Below, piece by piece: positions 16,464-24,786 of a DNA stretch of 32,000 nucleotides (within the stretch, counting starts at the first letter, position 1; every line of letters begins with the position of its first letter). Position numbers and translations under genes: made by a program. The notes under the pieces were generated by a model that made no database searches, had not been told where the DNA came from, and saw nothing but the letters and a program-made list of their open reading frames with translations. The stretch is from Acidobacteria bacterium Mor1. Its GTDB lineage: Bacteria > Acidobacteriota > Polarisedimenticolia > Polarisedimenticolales > Polarisedimenticolaceae. The stretch is taken from NCBI GenBank assembly GCA_001664505.1, contig CP011806.1, positions 4,546,332 to 4,578,331 on the forward strand, in the 5' to 3' direction.

Positions 16464-16924
16464 TCCTGATCTCGGCCATGGGCTCGAACCGGGTGATCGG
16501 TAGCGGCGCAGGCATGCCCTGGAGCGTGCCCGAGGAATACGCCCAGTTCCTCTCGTTCGTGCGTGGCCAGACGGTGCTGTTCGGCCGCAAGAGCTACGAG
16601 ATCTTCGGCGCCGACCTCGAGGATGCTCGGATCGTGATCGTCAGCCGTTCGATGCCCGACCCCGGGCGTCCCGGCGTTCAGGTCTGCGGCGATCTGGAAC
16701 AGGCGATCACGGCGGCCCGGGCCACCGGGCGCACGGTCTATAGCGCCGGGGGCGCCACGATCTACCAGCAGACCATGCCTCACGCCGAGGCGATGTACCT
16801 GTCGACGATCAAGGGGGATTGGAGCGGCGACGCCTATTTCCCCGAGTTCGACGAATCCGAGTGGAGGGTCACCCGCGAGGAGGACCACCCGGCATTCGTC
16901 TTCAGGATTCATGAGCGTCGCTGA
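16460..16924 (+). CDS. folA: Dihydrofolate reductase
   Basis: MILISAMGSNRVIGSGAGMPWSVPEEYAQFLSFVRGQTVLFGRKSYEIFG...GGATIYQQ is the classic DHFR pattern. ATG 16460 overlaps the methyltransferase stop (ATGA). Confidence 0.85.
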   Translation: MILISAMGSNRVIGSGAGMPWSVPEEYAQFLSFVRGQTVLFGRKSYEIFGADLEDARIVIVSRSMPDPGRPGVQVCGDLEQAITAARATGRTVYSAGGATIYQQTMPHAEAMYLSTIKGDWSGDAYFPEFDESEWRVTREEDHPAFVFRIHERR

Positions 16925-17306
16925 GGACGGCCTGGCTCTCGAGTGGTTGCCCGGCGAACTCGCCGTGGTGCGGCTCGGCGCGTCGGATCCGCTGCCCGAA
17001 TGGGCCCTACGCGGCCTGGTTCACGGTATGGTGCGCACTCCCGACGAGTTGTCCATCGTCTGCGCCGCGGCAGAGGTGCCCCATGAGGTGCAGGCCGAGC
17101 GGGGTTGGCGCCTGTTGCGGGTGCGTGGCCCCCTTCAGTTCGACCTGACCGGAATCCTGGCCTCGTTGACCGGCCCGTTGGCCGCCGCCGGAGTGCCGAT
17201 CTTTTCGATCTCGACCTTCGACACCGACTACCTGATGATCCGTGCCGCCGACGCCTCCCGGGCGACCGAAGCGTTGAGCCGAGCCGGACACCGTTTCGAC
17301 GAGTAG
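16911..17306 (+). CDS. ACT domain-containing protein (ACT_7-like)
   Basis: LAVVRLGASDPLPEWA...ELSIVCAA...WRLLRVRGPLQFDLTGILASLTGPLAAAGVPIFSISTFDTDYLMI matches small stand-alone ACT proteins. The gene overlaps folA by 14 nt. Confidence 0.7.
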   Translation: MSVAEDGLALEWLPGELAVVRLGASDPLPEWALRGLVHGMVRTPDELSIVCAAAEVPHEVQAERGWRLLRVRGPLQFDLTGILASLTGPLAAAGVPIFSISTFDTDYLMIRAADASRATEALSRAGHRFDE

Positions 17307-17311
17307 CCCCT

Positions 17312-18100
17312 ATGTGTCTGATCGCCGTCGCTCACCAGGCGAGCCCCCGCTACCGGTTGGTCGTCGCGGCCAATCGGGATGAGTTCCACCAGCGGCCCAC
17401 CCGTGAGGCGCGTTTCTGGGGCGTGTACCCCAGTTTGCTGGCCGGGAAGGACCTGGAAGGTGGAGGGACCTGGATGGGGGTCTCCCGGGACGGCCGGGTC
17501 GCCGCCATCACCAACTTCCGCGAACCGGGCAAGAGTCGCAGCGACGCCGTCTCCCGGGGGCTGCTGGTGCGGGACTTCCTCACCGGGAATGCGGGGCCGC
17601 TGGACTACGTCCAGCAGGTCACCCTGGAAGAACAGGAATTCAACGGGTTCTCGCTGCTGGCCTTTCAGGGCGAAGAGCTGGCCTGGATCTCCAACCGCCA
17701 TCCCGGCGCCGGGGCGCTGGCCCCGGGCATCTACGGGTTGAGCAACGCAGTGCTGGATACTCCGTGGCCCAAGGTCTGCCGCCTCAAGGACCGCCTGGAA
17801 ACCCTGGTGAGCCGGGACGAGCCGTTGGACGCCGAGTCGGTCTTCGCGGCCCTGGCCGACCGGGTCACCCCCGACGACGCCGATCTGCCCGAGACCGGCG
17901 TGGGGCTGGAGCGGGAGCGGGTGCTCTCGCCGGTCTTCATCGACACCCCCCAGTACGGCACCCGGTGCTCGACCCTGGTGACCATCGACTACGACGGGCG
18001 GCTGACCTTCATCGAACGCAGCTACGGACCCGCCGCAGCGCCCCTGGGCGAGGTTCGCTTCGATTTCCGCATCGAGTCCCAACGGGAGGCGACACCGTGA
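17312..18100 (+). CDS. NRDE family protein (TANGO2 / DUF833 homolog)
   Basis: The N-terminus MCLIAVAHQASPRYRLVVAANRDEF contains the N-terminal Cys and the eponymous NRDE motif. ...GGTWMGV...ITNFRE... is consistent with this family. Confidence 0.8.
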   Translation: MCLIAVAHQASPRYRLVVAANRDEFHQRPTREARFWGVYPSLLAGKDLEGGGTWMGVSRDGRVAAITNFREPGKSRSDAVSRGLLVRDFLTGNAGPLDYVQQVTLEEQEFNGFSLLAFQGEELAWISNRHPGAGALAPGIYGLSNAVLDTPWPKVCRLKDRLETLVSRDEPLDAESVFAALADRVTPDDADLPETGVGLERERVLSPVFIDTPQYGTRCSTLVTIDYDGRLTFIERSYGPAAAPLGEVRFDFRIESQREATP

Positions 18101-18525
18101 GCACGCAACAGCCGCTGGCCGACTGGCCGCTCAAGATCGACATGTCGGTAGTGTGGGGCGACATGGACGCATACCAGCACCTGAACAACACCGTCTATTT
18201 CCGCTACTTCGAATCGGTGCGGGTCGAGCTGTTGCGGGAGAGCGGCTTCATCGAGTCGATGGAGCAGGACGGTATCGGCGCGATCCTGCGGGACACCCGC
18301 TGCCGCTTCCGGGCGCCGGTGACCTATCCGGACCGGGTGCATGTCGCCGGCCGGGTGCGGGAGATCGGTGAAGATCGCTTCGTGATGGACTACGCCATCT
18401 GGAGCGAGAAGCTGGCGACCCTGGCTGCGGAAGGGGACGGCACAATCGTCTGTCTGGACTATCGGGCGGCGGCCAAGGCGCCGATCCCCGATTCGATTCG
18501 CGCCAGGCTCGAAGGCTATCGCTGA
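18097..18525 (+). CDS. Hotdog-fold acyl-CoA thioesterase (4HBT/YbgC-like)
   Basis: GTG 18097 overlaps the NRDE stop (GTGA). VVWGDMDAYQHLNNTVYFRYFESVRVELL... is a typical 4HBT thioesterase N-terminus. Confidence 0.75.
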   Translation: MSTQQPLADWPLKIDMSVVWGDMDAYQHLNNTVYFRYFESVRVELLRESGFIESMEQDGIGAILRDTRCRFRAPVTYPDRVHVAGRVREIGEDRFVMDYAIWSEKLATLAAEGDGTIVCLDYRAAAKAPIPDSIRARLEGYR

Positions 18526-18532
18526 GTCCGAG

Positions 18533-20095
18533 TCAGCTTCGACGTCCGGCGATCAGGCCCCGGACGAAGGCACCCAGTAGCACCAACCAGCAGGCCCAGG
18601 CGAGCCAATCGCCGCGCTCCGTGTAGAAGGTCGGCGGCGCGGTGCCCGGGTTGAGGGCCACCTTCATGATGGCTTGCTTACCCAGCTCGGTGCGCTCTCC
18701 GAAGGCTCCTGCGGCGTCGGTCCACGAGGAGACCCCGCTATTGGCCGCGCGCAGCAGCGGCAGCCGCAGCGCCCGCGCCTGGGCGGCGACCATGCGGGCG
18801 TGCCAGGGAGGAAACGTGCTGTTGCCCCACCAGGCGTCGTTGGTCATGACCACAAGCATGTTGGCACCCTGCTGCCGGTAGGTGCGGCCGAGAGCGCCGT
18901 ACATCCCCTCGTAGCAGATCAACACCCCGATGCGCATATCGCCGACCTCGAAGATCGTCGGCTCCGGTCCCCTGGTGAAGTTGCCGAGCAGGGTCAGGTA
19001 GCCCTTCTGGTCCAGGTCGCGTTTCGAGGGGTCCCAGCCGATCAGGTCGCCGAAGGGCACCCCTTCGACCAACGGAAGCAAGCGTTGCTTGCCGTACCAG
19101 TCGACCAGTCCGCGGCCCGGAGCCACCAGTGCCGCGCCGTTGTAGATCGCCCGCACCTTGCCTTGTTCCAGCTTCGCGATCTCGGTGCCGTAGAGGATCG
19201 GCACGCCGATGCGGTCGGCGATCTTCTCCATTTCCGGGTCGCGGGGTTTGTTGCCGTCGCGCCAGATCAGCGGGCCCGGGCGGGTAGATTCGGGCCACAC
19301 GACCAGGTCGCTATCCTGGGCCGCTTCCGCGGTCATCCGGATCAGCCGTTCCCAGAGTCCCGGCCAGCGGTCCCGAATCAGTTTGTCGTCGGGTTCGAAG
19401 AAGGGCTGCACCACTCCGATGCGCGGCGTTTGCTCCGTGACCTGGCGGACGTTGCCGTCCCGGGTGGTGTCGAGGATCCAGCCGTTGATCGCCGGCGCGC
19501 ACCAGAGTGCCAGCGCCAGACCGGCCAGAGTCACCGCCCGGCGCCGGTCTCCCCGGCGTTCCCAGGCGAGGTCGAGCAGGTAGCCGATGAGGAAGACCAA
19601 AAGGGTCAGCCCGTGGGGGCCGATCACCGGCGTCCAGGTCAGCCAGGCCGGATGGGTGCCGAAGGCGTGGGCCGCGAGGTCGGCGGGGAAGGACAGATCG
19701 CTGACGGTACGCAGCTTCTCGACCCCGGTGAACACCAGCGCCAACCCGAGAGAGCGGGGCAGTCCCGCCCGTTCCTCCAGCCAACGTGCCGTCCAGCACT
19801 CGAACATACTCTGGGGCAGGATGTAGCCGATGGCGAGCAGGTAGATCACGATCCCCAGGGGCACTGACCAGGCGGTCAACCACAGCAGGAAGTGGGACCC
19901 GACGATGTATTTCGCGGCGCCGAAGCAGAGCCCGATCCAGAGCGCCTCGCGGCCGGTGCCGGCGCCGCGCAGGGCCCGCATGAACAGGAAGGCGGCCAGG
20001 GGAATGGTCGGCGCCAGGAAAAAAGGGTTCCAGCAGAGGCCGAACCATGCCCCACCGGCCAGCGCCAGCAGCCGTCCCTGAAGTCGAGGTGTCAT
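18533..20095 (-). CDS. lnt: Apolipoprotein N-acyltransferase
   Basis: A multi-TM N-terminal half is followed by a CN-hydrolase domain (VVWPES...IGVLICYEGMY...NDAWWG) and a C-terminal TM helix. The start is ATG 20095 (MTPRLQG...) or upstream at 20143. Confidence 0.85.
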   Translation of the reverse strand: MTPRLQGRLLALAGGAWFGLCWNPFFLAPTIPLAAFLFMRALRGAGTGREALWIGLCFGAAKYIVGSHFLLWLTAWSVPLGIVIYLLAIGYILPQSMFECWTARWLEERAGLPRSLGLALVFTGVEKLRTVSDLSFPADLAAHAFGTHPAWLTWTPVIGPHGLTLLVFLIGYLLDLAWERRGDRRRAVTLAGLALALWCAPAINGWILDTTRDGNVRQVTEQTPRIGVVQPFFEPDDKLIRDRWPGLWERLIRMTAEAAQDSDLVVWPESTRPGPLIWRDGNKPRDPEMEKIADRIGVPILYGTEIAKLEQGKVRAIYNGAALVAPGRGLVDWYGKQRLLPLVEGVPFGDLIGWDPSKRDLDQKGYLTLLGNFTRGPEPTIFEVGDMRIGVLICYEGMYGALGRTYRQQGANMLVVMTNDAWWGNSTFPPWHARMVAAQARALRLPLLRAANSGVSSWTDAAGAFGERTELGKQAIMKVALNPGTAPPTFYTERGDWLAWACWLVLLGAFVRGLIAGRRS

Positions 20096-20220
20096 GACCC
20101 GCGAAGATACCGCGTCTCTCGGGGCTTTGCGCGGCCGAATCATCCGGGTGACAATTTGGGGTCCGGCTGCAACAACGGCCGGGACTCAGGCGTTTCCGGG
20201 GGCAGGAGAGGAGCACGCCT

Positions 20221-22014
20221 ATGTGTACTGCGCTACTGCTCGTTCTATGCGGGCTCGCGGCCGCCTCTGCCGCCGCCGAGACCGGCGCTGAACCGGTCTT
20301 CACCGAGGCCTGGCGCGAGGCCCAGGCCGGTCTGGCGGAGATGGGGCAACTCGGTCTTGCCGACGCGGCGTCGCGCAATGCCGACTTTCGCAACGGGCTC
20401 GAGCGATATCTGGACGCCGCCGGCGCCGAGCTGCGCGAGGGTGCCCGGTTCGATCTGGGCGACGAGGACGGCTTCCGGCGCGCCTACTGGGAGCTGCGGA
20501 TCCAGATCGAGAAGGACCTGTCCGACTGGCATCTGCTGCACGCGTTGGACGCGCTGTCCCGTCTGCTGGTCAGCCACGGCGACCCGATTTGCGCGCGTCT
20601 CCTGGGGCAATCCGCTTCGGTCCCCGAGGACGAGGATGCCCTCAATAGGCGCACCCGCTGTCGCAACTACATCGTGCTGCCGGCGGTCGCCGATCAGATC
20701 GGCCCCCGGCTCCGCGAGGCCTTCGAGCGCCACGCCGAGAGTGACCGGATCGATCTGGTCCAGCGTGCCGCCACCCTGCTGCGGATGGTGATGAATGAGC
20801 ATGCGAACCACAGGGTCACCCGGGTCGTGTTCTCCGACGATGCCCTGCCCGAGGCAATGCGCCTCGCTGCGGAAGCCTGCGTGACCGACCGGGAGCTTCC
20901 CGACGAGATCGCTCTGTCTCGCTTCGAAGCGGTTGGAGAGGTATTCCCCGAGTTGCGTTCCTCGGCCGGAACCGATGAACTGCTGATCTTGCTCGAACGC
21001 TTCGACCGCCTCGGGACGCCCGCCCGCCGCGGCCTGGTCGAACCGGCATTGATCGGAGGCGTACGAGGCTACATCGATCACATCATCGACAACGACGAGG
21101 ATGCCGTCGAGGCGATGGAGACCGTCGACGCCCTGACCCGCATGGTCGCGGAGCGGGGTGGCGTGGTGCACCCCGATCTGGAGCAGCCGCGCATTCTCGA
21201 GATCCTGGTCGGAGCACTCAAGGACAACCCGGATCTCCTGCGCCGCTACATCGAGGTGTTCCACCGGGATTTCCACGCGTTGAACCCCGCCGGCTTCGAG
21301 ATGGTGATCTTCAATCTCGTCGACCTCTTGCTGGACGCCGCCGAAGAGGAAGCGCTGCCCGGACCCGAGGAGATGGAGGTGGTGGCTGCCCGCCGCAAGG
21401 CCATCCGTAGCGCGGTGAGCAAGGAGTTCAAGCCGGGGGGGCAGTACTACCACTTCAGCGAAGCGGCGATACTCGAGGCCTATCAGCGGGGTGGGATCGA
21501 CCGAGATACGTACATGGAACTGCGTGCGATGAGCCGGGCTGAGAGGAGGCGAGCCCACGAAGAGGCCGATGCGGAGGGTGACGACGAGGAGGAACGCCGC
21601 CTGTCTGCCGTTGCGCTGACGATGATCCTGCTCGAGGGCTACCACCACGCCCTGGTCTCGACCAAGTCCAGCCTGCCCGAGGCCAATCGGTTCTTCGTGG
21701 CTCAGGAGCAGCAGGCGACTCTCGAGCGCTTCTACCGCTACTACCAGGTCAAGAACACCGGTGCTCTCGGAGAGCTGGAGCGGGACAATCCACGCTTCGT
21801 CGAGCTGACCCTCGACCTGATCCTGCGCCTGGCCCACGCCGCGGACCCTGACGATCTGGAGACGTTGGTCATCGGTCCGATTCGAGAGCGCGGCTCCTAC
21901 CTCCAGTCCTCCGGGAAGCGCTATGCCAAGCCCTTCCTCAGCAAGCGCATGACGAAATCCATCGCGGCGCTGCAGAAGGTGATCGAAAGCAACCGGCGGC
22001 TGGCCGAACGCTAG
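20221..22014 (+). CDS. Secreted, acidic, predominantly helical-looking protein of unknown function (597 aa)
   Basis: ATG 20221 is preceded by GGAGAGGAG. The signal peptide is MCTALLLVLCGLAAASAAAE. I recognise no domain, but the composition is coding-like and the frame is uninterrupted. Confidence 0.55.
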   Translation: MCTALLLVLCGLAAASAAAETGAEPVFTEAWREAQAGLAEMGQLGLADAASRNADFRNGLERYLDAAGAELREGARFDLGDEDGFRRAYWELRIQIEKDLSDWHLLHALDALSRLLVSHGDPICARLLGQSASVPEDEDALNRRTRCRNYIVLPAVADQIGPRLREAFERHAESDRIDLVQRAATLLRMVMNEHANHRVTRVVFSDDALPEAMRLAAEACVTDRELPDEIALSRFEAVGEVFPELRSSAGTDELLILLERFDRLGTPARRGLVEPALIGGVRGYIDHIIDNDEDAVEAMETVDALTRMVAERGGVVHPDLEQPRILEILVGALKDNPDLLRRYIEVFHRDFHALNPAGFEMVIFNLVDLLLDAAEEEALPGPEEMEVVAARRKAIRSAVSKEFKPGGQYYHFSEAAILEAYQRGGIDRDTYMELRAMSRAERRRAHEEADAEGDDEEERRLSAVALTMILLEGYHHALVSTKSSLPEANRFFVAQEQQATLERFYRYYQVKNTGALGELERDNPRFVELTLDLILRLAHAADPDDLETLVIGPIRERGSYLQSSGKRYAKPFLSKRMTKSIAALQKVIESNRRLAER

Positions 22015-22040
22015 ACTTCCTGCCTGCTGACGGGGCGAAC

Positions 22041-22074
22041 CCAAAAGAAAACGGCGGGTCCGAAGACCCGCCGT
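22041..22074 (-). terminator. Rho-independent terminator of ahcY (possibly bidirectional)
   Basis: A perfect 10-bp stem ACGGCGGGTC (22051-22060) / GACCCGCCGT (22065-22074) has a 4-nt loop. On the minus strand it is followed by TTTCTTTTGG (22050-22041). It sits between convergent genes. Confidence 0.8.
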
Positions 22075-22100
22075 CTCAATCGGTCGATGTGTGGCCGAGC

Positions 22101-23597
<1,497 letters not shown>

Positions 23598-23655
23598 GGA
23601 CTCTCCTTTGGGATGTCGCTTGCTTTGTCGATCGAGGGGTTGTTCGTGTCGTCGG

Positions 23656-24600
23656 TCATTGAATCGTCGGGTGGAAACGGCAGGTCGCCGCGAACAGCAG
23701 CGGGCCCCTTGCCTGGGGATCGGCAGGCAGCGGCTCGAAGCGATCGAGACGTAGGCCGGCCGGGCGCATGAAGCGTTCGAGTTGGTCCCGGGTGAACCCG
23801 AGCCAGAGGTGTCCCATCTCCTGCTGATACTCGTTGCGGTCGTGGGGCAGCATGTCGACGATCAGGGCGCGGCCGCCGGGGCGCAGCACGCGGCCCACTT
23901 CGGCGAGCACCCGGGCGGGATCCGCCAGATGGTGCAGAACCAGCACGAGGGTGACGGCGTCAACCGAGTCGTCAGCGATGGAAAGTTGTTCGAGGTCGCT
24001 ACGATGAAGCTCGACGTGATCCCGGCCGGCCAGCCGGGTGCGGGCTGCGTCGATCATCTCCGCCGAGCCGTCGACGCCGATGACCCGGGCGACGAAGGGG
24101 GCCAGGGCGTCGGCGACCACGCCGGTGCCGCAGCCCAGGTCGGCGACGACCCAGTCCGGGTCGAGCAGGCCCAACAGCGCCATCCGCTGGAACCCCTCAC
24201 CGAACAGCTCGGTGCGCACCCGGTCCCAGTCGGCGGCGGCGCCGGCGAAGAACTCCCGGGTCTTGGTCCGGCGCTCGGCCAGAACCTCCCGCAGCCGCTC
24301 CTGGTCCTGGGCGCTGGCCGGGGCCTCGGCAATCTGCTCGTGGGTCAGGCTCCAGAGCTCCCGGGAGCGCTCGTCCAGGTCCTCGGCACGGGTGTAGAAC
24401 CGGTTGGTCCCATCCCGGCGGGAGACCACCCAGCCGGCCTCACCCAGGGTCTTCAGGTGGCGGCTGGTGGTGGACTGGGGCAGCTGAAGCACCGCGCAAA
24501 GCTCCGAAACGGTCAGTTCCCGGCCATCCAGCAGCAGCAGCGCGCGGCTGCGCACGCCGTCGGCCAGGGCCGTCATCTGGTTGAAAATCCTGGGTTGCAT
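23656..24600 (-). CDS. sahR: ArsR-family HTH fused to a SAM-methyltransferase-fold domain; SahR-like regulator of the SAM cycle
   Basis: The product starts MQPRIFNQM at ATG 24600. The ArsR wHTH is [26 protein letters not shown]. The methyltransferase fold is [10 protein letters not shown]...[11 protein letters not shown]. The gene lies immediately upstream of ahcY on the same strand, which is the architecture and context described for SahR in Proteobacteria. Confidence 0.6.
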   Translation of the reverse strand: MQPRIFNQMTALADGVRSRALLLLDGRELTVSELCAVLQLPQSTTSRHLKTLGEAGWVVSRRDGTNRFYTRAEDLDERSRELWSLTHEQIAEAPASAQDQERLREVLAERRTKTREFFAGAAADWDRVRTELFGEGFQRMALLGLLDPDWVVADLGCGTGVVADALAPFVARVIGVDGSAEMIDAARTRLAGRDHVELHRSDLEQLSIADDSVDAVTLVLVLHHLADPARVLAEVGRVLRPGGRALIVDMLPHDRNEYQQEMGHLWLGFTRDQLERFMRPAGLRLDRFEPLPADPQARGPLLFAATCRFHPTIQ

Positions 24601-24630
24601 ATCAATCCGTAAATCCGGATGGAATGATAG
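24599..24630. promoter_or_regulatory. Candidate operator: imperfect palindrome ATATCAATCC-N12-GGAATGATAG overlapping the sahR -10 box, leader and start codon
   Basis: The arms at 24599-24608 and 24621-24630 are reverse complements at 8 of 10 positions. A second nested palindrome, ATCCG-N6-CGGAT (24605-24620), is offset by 2 nt. Confidence 0.4.
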
Positions 24631-24651
24631 ACTAATTTTCGACCCTGTCAA
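24624..24651 (-). promoter_or_regulatory. Near-consensus sigma70 promoter for sahR-ahcY (-35 TTGACA, 16-nt spacer, -10 TATCAT)
   Basis: The minus strand reads TTGACA (24651-24646), then gggtcgaaaattagtc, then TATCAT (24629-24624). The -10 ends 23 nt upstream of ATG 24600. The element sits in the only markedly AT-rich patch of this intergenic region. Confidence 0.55.
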
Positions 24652-24786
24652 GCCGATGGAGGCTCCTGAGGACCGGACGGGGCGGGTCGGAGCCACTACA
24701 ATCTCCCTTCCCGAGACGGTGTTTTCGAGAAAACCCGGCAGGCGCAGGATCGCCCGTAGCCCCTACCGAAGGAGATTGCTCAGCCC

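Noticed and set aside
23598-23655. Possible SAH riboswitch in front of ahcY
   Set aside because: Only 58 nt separate the upstream stop from the ahcY ATG. The sequence shows no extended pairing or pseudoknot-type structure. The SahR-like protein regulator is present instead.
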